Counted from the first letter of the stretch, positions 18,589-27,659 are shown. The stretch: 64,000 nucleotides of DNA from Phormidesmis sp. (GCA_965248535.1 CBDFJR010000002.1:2048001-2112000); one strand, 5' to 3'. Program-made: numbers and translations. The notes: a model not told the origin generated them from the letters alone.

Positions 18589-21500
18589 TTTGTTACTCAG
18601 CGTTTTCAAACACTCACCTGATTCAATATCCCAAAATTTAATTGTTTCATCATAGCCACCACTCACCAGTGTTCTATTATCTGGAACAAAAGTCACTGAG
18701 CGTACTCGATTGGTATGACCATTAAAAGTTTTAAGGCATTCCCCAGTGTAAGCATCCCAGAGCTTTACTGTGTGATCAAGACTACCAGTAGCTAAGAATT
18801 TACTATCACAACTAAAGGATACTGAATCTATTTCACTGGTGTGTCCTTGCAAAGTTTTGAGATATTTTCCCGTACGGAGATTCCATGTTTTGACTGTTTG
18901 GTCTCGACTACCACTAGCTAAAAACTCTCCATTGGGTGCAATAGCGACAGAGCGAATACGATCAGTATGTCCTGTTAAAACTTCACGACATTCTCCTAAG
19001 TTTACGTCCCATAACTTTACTGTTTTGTCAGTGCTGACACTAGCAATAGTTGCACCATCCGGGCTAATGGCAACTGAATTGATCCAGCCATCATGCTGTC
19101 CTTGAAGAGTTTTCAAACATTCACCACTAAGAACATCCCATAACTTTATAGTGCCGTCATCATTACAACTCACCAGAGTCGCACCGTCAGGACTGAATAC
19201 AACTCCTGCCATGTGACTATTGTGCCCATGTAGGGTTTTAAGGCAGTCTCCAGTGTGGATGTCCCAAAGTTTGACTGTATCATCACCACTGCCACTAGCA
19301 AGAGTTTTACCATCAAGACTAATCGCAACTGAACTTATCCACTTGTGATGTCCCTCTAAGGTTCTAAAACAATCTCCAGTGGATGTATTCCATAGCTTGA
19401 CTGTCTTATCATTACTGCCAACAGCAAGAAATCTTCCATCGGGACTAACGACAACTGTATCGATCCAACGACTATTGCCTTGGAATGTCCTCAAACAATT
19501 GCCAGTCTGCGTATTCCAGAGCTTCACTGTCTGATCATCACTGATGCTAACAAAGATTGTGTTGTCTGAATTAAAAGCAATTTTCCTGACTCTAGCGGAA
19601 TGCCCTTCTATAGTTTTGATACATTCGCCAGTACTAATATCCCAAAACTTTATCGTTTGATCTCTACTACCACTTGCAAGAGTTTTATTGTCTTGACTGA
19701 AGGCAATTGATCGTACGCTACGAGTATGACCTTCTAAAATCTTAATGCACTCATGGGTAAAAGGATTCCAGAGCTTTACTGTGTTATCTGAACTACCGCT
19801 TGCAAGAATCTTGCCATCATAACTGAATACTAATGAGAGAACGGACTTAGTTTGTCCTTCTAAGGTTTTCAAACATTGTTCTGAATCTATATCCCAGAAC
19901 TTGATCGTTTTGTCAAAACTACCACTTGCTAAGGTTTTCTCATCAGGAGAGACTGCGATTGCCCATATTATATCTGTATGCCCTTGAAAAGTCTTCAAAC
20001 AGCCTCCCGTCTGAACATCCCAGAGTTTTATGGTTTTATCATCACTGCTACTGGCAAGAATTGTACCGTCTGAATTAAAAGCTATTGATCTCACTGCACC
20101 AGCATGACCCGCCATAACTCTTAGGCATTTCCCGGTATCACTATTCCATAGTTTTACTATTCCTTCATGCCCACCACTAGCAAGAATCAAGCCGTCAGGA
20201 GTAAATGCCACTGAGCTAATCCAATCGCTGTGTCCTCTGAACTTCAGAATTTGCTCACCATTGTCAACTTGCCAAAAGCGAAGTTCACCATCTGCTCCAC
20301 CCGTTACAAATAACTGAGCTTTAGGGCTGAATGCAACGGATAAAAGAAGACCAAAAGCTTCGAGAAAAATAGAATTGGTTAAGTCTGCTTCCGAAAAGTT
20401 AACGTGTCGTAAGCTAGCATTTGTGAAATTAGCACCTTGAAGAATGCTATGGCTAAGATCTCTACCCTCAAGAGCAGTTTTATCCATCGCAACTATCAAT
20501 GTTGCTGTATTGCCTCCGACATAATCTACTTCTACCTTAGTTTTCCCTCGTACTGTATCCAAAATATTTTGGAGGGAAGAATAGTGCGCTACTGAAACAT
20601 GCAACATTGGCAAAATCAGATCTAGTACTGCTTTCGGTAATGATATTTGCCCAAAGCCCGATCGCAACACTTCCAAACTCTCATTCACAAACTCTTTCAA
20701 GGGTGCAATCTGTTTTTCGCGGTGACCAAAATACTCTGACCACTGATAGTCACGCGGTCTCAGGGTGGTATCGACGCAGGGTTGCATCTGTGCTAACTCC
20801 AAAAAATCAGGCGCTAAGGCACCTAATTCAGCGGCAAATTTGTAGGCGACAAAGAACTCTAAGAGCGATCGATGCGCTGGCATATAATCCCCATCAGCAT
20901 TGCGGATCAACATCGTCTGACCCATCATGTCGTAGTGCCAGTGATCCAAGTCTTTCTCTTCCTGAACCACTGAACCAAACAAGCGACGGATACGATCAGG
21001 AAACTCACGATAGTTGAGACTCATGCGATCCGTAGACAACATTTCCCACGACAACTCACACAAGAAATAGAGCTTTTCTGCCAGGGAGGTAAACGTGCGT
21101 TCTGCCTTGATGTCTCGCTCCATTTTGCGTCGTACTGCGTAGAGATAAACACGCGACATATCTACAGGTTTACCCGCTTCAATATCCGGTAGCGCCTCCA
21201 AAATCAATTCTGTCATCACCGGACGACGCGCCAAATCAAGCAATTGTGCGTTGTTCATCACCTGTTGCACCACCTCTGAAGATGCCTGCAACGCCAAGAC
21301 TTGCCGAATTTGCTCATCGTCAAACTTCTCCAGTTCCAGCACCTCAAACTGAGGCGTATCTTCGTTCAGGTTGATGGTTGAGGCTTTAAGTTCCGCATTC
21401 AGTAGCGCCCGTCCTTCTTTGACTTCTGGGAAATGCTCCGTCCGACAGGTCAAAATCACCTTTGCCCCTGGCACGACGATTTTTGCCAATTCCCAAAAGT

Positions 21501-22935
21501 TATTGATCATCTCCTGGCGATCGACCCGCGCTGCCATCTCGTCAAAGCCATCAAAAATCAGCAGCAGCTTGCCCATGCGGTTGAGTTGCTCAAACGCTGA
21601 ATAACCGGGAATTGGAATCTCGTGTTTGCGGAAGAAGAACTCGGAAAACAACGACTCCACGCTCACTGCTTTAGCATAATCGCGCAAGGGAATGACCAGC
21701 GGCAGACGCGGACGATCGACTCCCCGCTTTTGGGCATCCCGATAGCGTTGCAAGGCAACCCAGGCATAGTGCAGCGCAAACCAGGTTTTCCCAGTGCCAA
21801 ACTCACCCAAGACAGAAATATGCTCCTTCGCCGGATCGTCCAGCCATTGGTCAATGTAGCCATCGATCCAGCCATCACGATCGTCGTAACGACTCACCGC
21901 AATGCGCTGCTGTGTCACCGGGTCTAATTCTTCTTTGGTGCAAGCCAGCGGCACGTACTTCTGCTCAATCTGCCGCTGTTGAATTTCTGCCTCTAGCCAA
22001 CTCAGGTATCCACTAAAGTCAGCATCTTGATCCAGCAATTCATCAAAGGTGTAGCAGCCCAAATGAGCGTTTTCGGGTTTCTCAACTTCAGTACGCGCCG
22101 CTCGACTAATCCGTCGGGTCGTGACCAGCCAACCTTCATCGGTGCGCTGCTGTTCCACCGATTGACGCAGCATTCCCACATCGCCAATCTCAGCCGCGCC
22201 TTCCATGCCCCGCACCAGAATGCGATCGTACCGTCCCCGCCGCACCGGAATATTAATCACCCACTCAAAATAATCGTTTTGCCAAATTTCATGGGTCTCA
22301 AAGCGATAGCCCAAGGTTTCAAACCAACCTTTCATCTGTTGCGCCAGCGCAAAGGCTCTACACTGCCGATCCTGAGATTCAGCCGATGGTAAAGCTAAAC
22401 TTTGGGCGGCGAGCCGAGCCATCTCCGTTCGCATTCCCTCTAACGTCGGCAACCGAGTCAATCGTTCTTGAACCGTGCCGATTTGCTGATGGAGCGACTC
22501 TAATTTTTGATTCGTCAACACTTCAGCCGGAGTGCGAGTGCGTTTAGCAACTTCAATAAAAATGGCGGCAAACTGATAAAACTCTCGTCTGGCATCAATG
22601 CCTAGCTCCTGAATTTGTTCGCCTAGGGCATGGCTTGACAGAAACTTCTCGCCTTCTTGCAGCAACAGCGCCGAGTTGTTGCGATCGAGTGCCTTACGAA
22701 AGATCGCTTGGATTGCCAACTGCCGGAAAATCTCCAGCACAGGCTTTGGCTTACCGATGCCATACTCAACCAGGGTGTACTGGTAAACGGCTGTGAAATC
22801 CGCTGGGGGATGATCGGGATCGAGGTTCAGTTGCTTTAACAGCTTAATCACAAGCTCATTGCGCTGAAGCTTGTTTTGCACAACGGGACTCGCAAACCCG
22901 ACAATGATATCGATTAGCTTAACCAACTCAATCAC
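18499..22935 (-). CDS. NLR-like STAND protein: N-terminal helical domain, restriction-endonuclease-like domain, NACHT NTPase, pentapeptide repeats, about 14 WD40 repeats
   Basis: GEFGTGKT Walker A, LLLIFDGFDEM Walker B, ILTCRTEHF; LSHSILQGANFTNASLRHVNFSEADLT pentapeptides; repeated GH...V.SVAFS.DG..LASGS.D.T.KLWD. Confidence 0.92.
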   Translation of the reverse strand: MIELVKLIDIIVGFASPVVQNKLQRNELVIKLLKQLNLDPDHPPADFTAVYQYTLVEYGIGKPKPVLEIFRQLAIQAIFRKALDRNNSALLLQEGEKFLSSHALGEQIQELGIDARREFYQFAAIFIEVAKRTRTPAEVLTNQKLESLHQQIGTVQERLTRLPTLEGMRTEMARLAAQSLALPSAESQDRQCRAFALAQQMKGWFETLGYRFETHEIWQNDYFEWVINIPVRRGRYDRILVRGMEGAAEIGDVGMLRQSVEQQRTDEGWLVTTRRISRAARTEVEKPENAHLGCYTFDELLDQDADFSGYLSWLEAEIQQRQIEQKYVPLACTKEELDPVTQQRIAVSRYDDRDGWIDGYIDQWLDDPAKEHISVLGEFGTGKTWFALHYAWVALQRYRDAQKRGVDRPRLPLVIPLRDYAKAVSVESLFSEFFFRKHEIPIPGYSAFEQLNRMGKLLLIFDGFDEMAARVDRQEMINNFWELAKIVVPGAKVILTCRTEHFPEVKEGRALLNAELKASTINLNEDTPQFEVLELEKFDDEQIRQVLALQASSEVVQQVMNNAQLLDLARRPVMTELILEALPDIEAGKPVDMSRVYLYAVRRKMERDIKAERTFTSLAEKLYFLCELSWEMLSTDRMSLNYREFPDRIRRLFGSVVQEEKDLDHWHYDMMGQTMLIRNADGDYMPAHRSLLEFFVAYKFAAELGALAPDFLELAQMQPCVDTTLRPRDYQWSEYFGHREKQIAPLKEFVNESLEVLRSGFGQISLPKAVLDLILPMLHVSVAHYSSLQNILDTVRGKTKVEVDYVGGNTATLIVAMDKTALEGRDLSHSILQGANFTNASLRHVNFSEADLTNSIFLEAFGLLLSVAFSPKAQLFVTGGADGELRFWQVDNGEQILKFRGHSDWISSVAFTPDGLILASGGHEGIVKLWNSDTGKCLRVMAGHAGAVRSIAFNSDGTILASSSDDKTIKLWDVQTGGCLKTFQGHTDIIWAIAVSPDEKTLASGSFDKTIKFWDIDSEQCLKTLEGQTKSVLSLVFSYDGKILASGSSDNTVKLWNPFTHECIKILEGHTRSVRSIAFSQDNKTLASGSRDQTIKFWDISTGECIKTIEGHSARVRKIAFNSDNTIFVSISDDQTVKLWNTQTGNCLRTFQGNSRWIDTVVVSPDGRFLAVGSNDKTVKLWNTSTGDCFRTLEGHHKWISSVAISLDGKTLASGSGDDTVKLWDIHTGDCLKTLHGHNSHMAGVVFSPDGATLVSCNDDGTIKLWDVLSGECLKTLQGQHDGWINSVAISPDGATIASVSTDKTVKLWDVNLGECREVLTGHTDRIRSVAIAPNGEFLASGSRDQTVKTWNLRTGKYLKTLQGHTSEIDSVSFSCDSKFLATGSLDHTVKLWDAYTGECLKTFNGHTNRVRSVTFVPDNRTLVSGGYDETIKFWDIESGECLKTLSNKPYEGMNITGVKGLTEAEKATLKALGAIEH

Positions 22936-23110
22936 AGGGTTTCTCCGCAGGACGATCAGGACTCAATCGTTATTATCCAAACTCCATCGGTTAAATGGGC
23001 AAACCAGCAGATTTTTCTCATCTAAGCCTTGCTCTATGGTTATGAATTCTCTCCTGCCGAGTCAATCACATCTACAAATTGGACTTTGGCTGAATCCAAA
23101 ACCACAACAA

Positions 23111-23133
23111 AGGGACTGACGCTGCCAGTCCCT
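23111..23133 (-). terminator. Terminator hairpin after tRNA-Leu
   Basis: AGGGACTG-N7-CAGTCCCT, T-rich downstream on the minus strand. Confidence 0.7.
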
Positions 23134-23147
23134 CAAGGGTAAATATA

Positions 23148-23229
23148 TGCGGATGAAAGGACTTGAACCTTCACTTCTTGCGAAACCAGAACCTAAATCT
23201 GGCGCGTCTACCAATTCCGCCACATCCGC
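23148..23229 (-). tRNA. trnL: tRNA-Leu (TAG)
   Basis: GCGGATG/CATCCGC acceptor stem, CCAGA-TTTAGGT-TCTGG anticodon arm, long variable arm, GGTTCAAGTCC T-arm. Confidence 0.97.
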
Positions 23230-23265
23230 GTTTTCTGCTTTACCACTATAGCAAAGCTTTGAGTC

Positions 23266-23311
23266 GTTTTGAGTTTTGAATCTTGAGTTTAGCGCATTCA
23301 AAACTCAAAAC
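23266..23311. repeat. Inverted repeat of TTTTGA(G/A)-type heptamers (STRR-like), probable terminator of the RHH gene
   Basis: GTTTTGAGTTTTGAAT ... ATTCAAAACTCAAAAC, 16-bp perfect stem. Confidence 0.7.
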
Positions 23312-23318
23312 CCTTATC

Positions 23319-23651
23319 TCATGAGAGACTGCCCACACTAATAGGAATCAAATTGCCTTCGGGGGTAAACCCTAGCATCATTGCGTCGCCCGATCGGATC
23401 ACCGTTCCCGTCAGGGCGCAGCGTTCTTCTTGGTGAGCGGTGGCGGCGATCGTAGCTCGAAAATCAGACGCAGCGATGGTTGCCGTATAGTCACCCGATT
23501 TTTGCTGGACATAGTTCCACAGGATGTCTCGAATCAATGCCTGATAGCCCTGATTGCCAGAAAGTGATTTTAGCTGTTCCTTTAACTCTCGTTCCAGACG
23601 AATGCTGGTGACTTCCATATCGGTGGTGGTGGTGCGAGTCAAGGTATGCAT
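23319..23651 (-). CDS. Ribbon-helix-helix (CopG-like) DNA-binding protein with a small C-terminal domain
   Basis: VTSIRLERELKEQLKSL...YQALIRDILWNYV pattern (beta strand with alternating residues plus two helices); GGAGG RBS. Confidence 0.8.
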   Translation of the reverse strand: MHTLTRTTTTDMEVTSIRLERELKEQLKSLSGNQGYQALIRDILWNYVQQKSGDYTATIAASDFRATIAATAHQEERCALTGTVIRSGDAMMLGFTPEGNLIPISVGSLS

Positions 23652-23670
23652 GGTCTTCCTCCAAAGTAGC

Positions 23671-23699
23671 TGGACACTTTTATATTACAAGTGTAGTAT
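23671..23699 (+). promoter_or_regulatory. Sigma70-type promoter overlapped by an imperfect palindrome (candidate RHH operator)
   Basis: TGGACA-17 nt-TAGTAT; ATATTACAAGTGTAGTAT matches its reverse complement at 14 of 18 positions. Confidence 0.6.
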
Positions 23700-23770
23700 G
23701 TTAACTGTAGACTGCAAGTTAAGTCCTTCAATATCTTCTGAAATGAACTCTCTACGGCTCTTTTTAACAT

Positions 23771-23941
23771 CGTTTTGGCTAGGGCATCGCGTCGGCGATG
23801 GTTCTTGCGAGGCGGGCAGAGTCGTAGTTTTGCCGTTTATGGGCGAGTTTCCAGAGATTAAAAGTTCCCCCACAATTCAGTCCCCATCACTCCGAAGCGG
23901 GAGGGGCAGGCGCGTTCCTGCCCCGGTCTAGCCAGAAAACG
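23771..23941 (+). ncRNA. Candidate structured RNA (leader/riboswitch-like or sRNA), family not recognised
   Basis: Nested stems by eye: 23771-82/23928-41, 23788-801/23884-99, 23815-20/23829-34, 23840-50/23862-72 and perfect 8-bp 23903-10/23917-24; lies between a promoter and a terminator; no credible ORF. Confidence 0.6.
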
Positions 23942-23958
23942 CTCAAGTAGTTTTTCTA

Positions 23959-23994
23959 GCCTCCGCTTCACACTCACCAGAAGCGGAGGTTTTT
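23959..23994 (+). terminator. Intrinsic terminator 72 nt upstream of the Alr0857-like gene
   Basis: GCCTCCGCTTC-N10-GAAGCGGAGGT then TTTT. Confidence 0.85.
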
Positions 23995-24066
23995 GATTGT
24001 TAACCCCTTTGAAACTCATGTAAACCCTTGAAACCCGTAAACCCTGGAACATAGGAGCTACCAGGA

Positions 24067-24477
24067 ATGTTGAAGTTTACCTACACCGAGACGGGGATCA
24101 CCCTTGAGCGGGTCAGCCAATCGCTCGAAGAGTTGGTGATGCTGCGGATTGTGTTAGCGATGCGAGTTGGGCAGCGGCTGATCGTCGAGCCGGGCAGGGC
24201 GACCTTTTTGCTGTCGGCAAATTTGCAGGCTTGGAGGCTGCTGGATGCGGTGGTGCGGCGATCGCTCAATGACGCGATCGAGCTTTGCCAGTGCGATGCA
24301 GACTTCATTGAGGTCAGCCTGCGCGGAAGCTGGATCGCGCAAACCACTAGCAGCGAGGAGGGCATCTTTTTAGCCGAACTGGGCGACTCGCTGCCCGGAA
24401 CGCTGTGGGAGCGGGCCGAGTTTATTATGTTTAAGCTCTGGCAGGAGTCATCGGCGTGCCCGTCTTCGCTGCGATAA
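24067..24477 (+). CDS. Conserved cyanobacterial protein, Alr0857-like, function unknown
   Basis: MLKFTYTE...LER...LEE....R..LA.R.G....EP..A.FLL...EV.L.GSWI....EEGIF...RAEF...KLWQES pattern recalled from this family; 3' end overlaps menE by 47 bp. Confidence 0.75.
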   Translation: MLKFTYTETGITLERVSQSLEELVMLRIVLAMRVGQRLIVEPGRATFLLSANLQAWRLLDAVVRRSLNDAIELCQCDADFIEVSLRGSWIAQTTSSEEGIFLAELGDSLPGTLWERAEFIMFKLWQESSACPSSLR

Positions 24478-25810
24478 TTTGTCTTAGCTGAGGTTGATTG
24501 ATCTTCCCTTGGGGATTGCGAGGCAAGGTTTCGAGCGAGATCCAATATTTGGGACGCTTGAATTTGCTGAGGGTTTCTTCAAGGGATTTGATTAATTGGC
24601 GGTCAGAAATCGCTGAGGTTTGCGGCACATAGACGGCGGTGACGGCTTGACCCCAGATACGATCGCTGACCCCTAACACACAGACATCTTTAACCAGTTT
24701 GGTGGCCCTTATGGCCGCCTCGACTTCTGCCGGAAAGACGTTTTCGCCGCCTGTAATAATTTTGTTGCTGTCGCGCCCGACAATCTGCAAATAACCGTAG
24801 GGGTCAAAAAATCCCAAATCGTCGGGTTGATAAATGGGCTGCTGCAAAAAATGGGGATAGTAACCCAACATAAGTGAGTCGGCTTGAATGGTGATTTTTC
24901 CGGTTTCACCTGTTGCCAAGGGGTCGCCCTGTTCGTTTTGAATCGTGATTTGAGCGTGAGGTAACGCTTGACCAGCGCCGACTTTGGCGGTTAAGAAATC
25001 CTTTGGTTGCAACGTGACAATTTGGGAGGCGGTTTCGGTCATGCCATAGGTGGGCGCGATCGGGAGTCTATAAAATCTCGCGGCATCCAACAAATCTGAC
25101 CAGGCAGGTGCACCGCCTAACAAGATCGTCTCAAATTGAGATAGCCAAGCAATGGCTGGAGGGTGATCTAAAAGCTTTTGAAGTTGGGTGGGAACGAGGG
25201 AGAGAAAAAAACTTTGAGGGTTGATAGACTGAGCTTCTCCGGCTTCTAGAGCTTTCCACGGGAGAATGACTAACTGCCCGTCTGAGAGAAACGATCGCAT
25301 AAATTGCATCAAACCACTGACGTGATAGAGCGGCAGCACGCAAAACGAATCGACGCGATCGACTGCAAAATAGCGCTGAAATCCTTTTACGGATGCGGTT
25401 AACGTCTCCCAAGTGTGCATCGCAAAGCGAATTTTGCCCGACGTGCCGCCTGTGGGAATCATGATCAGAGGTGACGAATGAAGAGGGAAGGATGATTTTG
25501 GGGGAATGTCTCGGCAAAAAGGCAGCGAGTCTCCCCAGATTAAATCGGGCTTTACTAAGTCAAACACCTGCTGCCACTCGGCATCAACCCAATCGGGATT
25601 GCCCAAAAAAATCGAACAACGGGCAGAACACGCGGCAATGAATCCGGCGAGAAACGCGATCGGGTTGCGTTCGGCTAACAAAATGGTGGGCGGCGTTGCA
25701 TATCGTTGGAGCGCTTGATATCGCTGCTCTGTTAAGTCAGTCAGGGCTTGACTGCTGTGACCGACCAGCCAGTTTTCTCGGTGCCGATGCTGAATTAAAG
25801 ACTTTGCCAC
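24431..25810 (-). CDS. menE: o-succinylbenzoate-CoA ligase
   Basis: PTGGTSGKIR AMP-binding loop, LPLYHVSG, SLVPTQL, YGMTET, IITGGENVFP.EVE; men context. Confidence 0.9.
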   Translation of the reverse strand: MAKSLIQHRHRENWLVGHSSQALTDLTEQRYQALQRYATPPTILLAERNPIAFLAGFIAACSARCSIFLGNPDWVDAEWQQVFDLVKPDLIWGDSLPFCRDIPPKSSFPLHSSPLIMIPTGGTSGKIRFAMHTWETLTASVKGFQRYFAVDRVDSFCVLPLYHVSGLMQFMRSFLSDGQLVILPWKALEAGEAQSINPQSFFLSLVPTQLQKLLDHPPAIAWLSQFETILLGGAPAWSDLLDAARFYRLPIAPTYGMTETASQIVTLQPKDFLTAKVGAGQALPHAQITIQNEQGDPLATGETGKITIQADSLMLGYYPHFLQQPIYQPDDLGFFDPYGYLQIVGRDSNKIITGGENVFPAEVEAAIRATKLVKDVCVLGVSDRIWGQAVTAVYVPQTSAISDRQLIKSLEETLSKFKRPKYWISLETLPRNPQGKINQPQLRQIIAAKTGTPMTPARA

Positions 25811-26748
25811 AGTTGATCGCCCTCCTCGATTAAGTCGTCAAACCAGTGAGATGTGCCATAGCCAACCGCGCGATTTTTGAGCGAGAGTTCTGCGGCGAGT
25901 TGCAGTCCGGCTTGGTGCCCGATCGCCGTTTCAAACACTGACGAAAAGACGGCATCGATCGCACTCTCTCGGCAAAATTGGCGAAGTTGAGTCGGCGAAC
26001 CCACGATCGCGGGTTTGATCACAAAAATTCCTCGCCAACCTTGGTAATAGCATTCGCGCAACTGATTCAAACTGGAAACAGATTCGTCGATCGCGAGTGG
26101 CGTTGAGTAGTTTTGGCTCAGTGTTTGCATGAGATCAAATTGCTCGATCGGGAGCGGTTGCTCTAAAAACTCCAGAGTTGGGTTTGTTTTGCCTAACGAA
26201 TCGCAGCGTTGAAGCCACCTTTCAGCCTGTGAGACGGTCAGCCCTGCGTTAGCATCTAATCTCAAAAACGCTCTAGCCGGAAGCTCATCTACAAGTTGCT
26301 CAAAGAATTGAATCTCATCCTCAATGTCAGCAACGCCAATCTTCCATTTAAAGGTGCGATAGCCTTGCCGCCACAACTCTTGCCAGCCATCAAGGACGGC
26401 AAATCCGGTCGGCAAAAGAGCGCTGTATGTCAACGTCGATGGGATTACCGGATCGGTCGTTAGCCTTTCCCAAGCAGACTCAAACCCAAATTGACAAGCT
26501 GATAAATGAGAAGGAATCGCAGCGATCGTCGCCTCATCAATCTCGTTAGGCAACTGCTGACAGAAGGCGATCGCGTCCTCAAAACTTTCTGAACCGAACC
26601 AATCAAGCGGCGCAATCTCGCCAAACCCAACGCCTCCGACATCATTTGTGAAACGCAAAATAATGCCTTCTCGCACCGCCCAGACTCCATGACTTGTCTG
26701 CAACGGTTGTCGAAACGATCGACGATAAGGACGATAGTCAAATCGCAT
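25795..26748 (-). CDS. menC: o-succinylbenzoate synthase
   Basis: GFGEIAPL, FKWKIG, LRLDANAG, EQPL, AIDESV enolase-superfamily motifs; start ATG 26748. Confidence 0.92.
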   Translation of the reverse strand: MRFDYRPYRRSFRQPLQTSHGVWAVREGIILRFTNDVGGVGFGEIAPLDWFGSESFEDAIAFCQQLPNEIDEATIAAIPSHLSACQFGFESAWERLTTDPVIPSTLTYSALLPTGFAVLDGWQELWRQGYRTFKWKIGVADIEDEIQFFEQLVDELPARAFLRLDANAGLTVSQAERWLQRCDSLGKTNPTLEFLEQPLPIEQFDLMQTLSQNYSTPLAIDESVSSLNQLRECYYQGWRGIFVIKPAIVGSPTQLRQFCRESAIDAVFSSVFETAIGHQAGLQLAAELSLKNRAVGYGTSHWFDDLIEEGDQLWQSL

Positions 26749-26750
26749 CG

Positions 26751-27659
26751 CTAGACCAAGTGCGTCAACATAAATCCCAACCCCAAAAACAATCCGCTCC
26801 AAAAATGGAGTTCGACTGCAATCAAGCGACAGAAGAGGAGTTTGTGCGGTTGGTCATGCTGCGAACCGATGAATCGGCAAAGCTTGCGGGCGACGGGCAA
26901 ACTGAGAAAAATCAGCAGCGTCCAAACCGGAAAGATATTCAAACTCACAAATAGCGTCGTCAGCCCATAGAGACTGCCGCAGATCCACGGTAAAAGCTGC
27001 GCCGATCGCTTCGTGCCCAACCGCACCACCGGAGATTTTTTGCCGATCGCAGCGTCGTCTTTGACCTGGTTAAAGTGAGAGCAAAACAAAATTAAGCTCG
27101 TGGCAATGCCAACCACGATCGAGGCGGCAAAACTCGTCGCCGACCAAGCTTTTGTTTGACTGTAATAAGTCGCCGCAAATGCCAACGGCCCAAACGCAAA
27201 AAAGCAAAGAATTTCTCCTAGCCCTTTATAGCTGAGACGAAACGGCGGCCCTTGATAGATATAGCCAATGCCACAGCACAGCAAAATCAACCCAATCACC
27301 GTTGGATCTTGCTGTTGAAGGGCGATCGTGCTGATGCCCAACAATCCCAAAGCGAGACAGAGATTGCTAACCCAAAAAATTAGCGACTTGTTGCCCGTCA
27401 TGTTGACGAGAGAATTTTTCTTATTGACATCGACCCCAGTTTCTGAGTCAAACACGTCATTGCTAAAATTTTCCCACGCCAAAATCAAAATGGCAGAGAT
27501 CAAAAACGTGAAGAAGATGGAAGCGTTGAACCGATGAGTTTCAGCGAAAGCAACGGCTGAACCGACCCAAATCGGCATGATGGCCACGCTATACATCGGG
27601 GGTTTAATGGCGGCAAACCAGAGTTTTTTACTCGCCCGCTCGATCGTCCTAGTCGTCAT
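26751..27659 (-). CDS. menA: DHNA phytyltransferase
   Basis: AAIKPPMYSVA, NDVFDSETGVD, YQGPPFRL.Y.GLGE, DDAAIGK.SP.VRLG. Confidence 0.94.
   Translation of the reverse strand: MTTRTIERASKKLWFAAIKPPMYSVAIMPIWVGSAVAFAETHRFNASIFFTFLISAILILAWENFSNDVFDSETGVDVNKKNSLVNMTGNKSLIFWVSNLCLALGLLGISTIALQQQDPTVIGLILLCCGIGYIYQGPPFRLSYKGLGEILCFFAFGPLAFAATYYSQTKAWSATSFAASIVVGIATSLILFCSHFNQVKDDAAIGKKSPVVRLGTKRSAQLLPWICGSLYGLTTLFVSLNIFPVWTLLIFLSLPVARKLCRFIGSQHDQPHKLLFCRLIAVELHFWSGLFLGLGFMLTHLV

Noticed and set aside
17260..23229. Integrative island at tRNA-Leu containing the NLR and TA genes
   Set aside because: No integrase and no convincing duplicate of the tRNA 3' end (only CGGATGA near 17270)
23062..23301. 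79-aa ORF over tRNA-Leu, and the 23554..23931, 23685..23873 and 23858..24052 ORFs
   Set aside because: They overlap a tRNA, the RHH gene or the structured RNA/terminator and show no protein motifs
23771..23941. Retron msr-msd (terminal inverted repeats)
   Set aside because: No reverse transcriptase in the window
24001..24050. Repeats ending in TTGAAAC as a mini CRISPR array, or the tRNA-RHH-RNA layout as a type V-K CAST remnant
   Set aside because: Units are 13-15 bp with 3-5 bp gaps; no spacers, cas12k or tns genes
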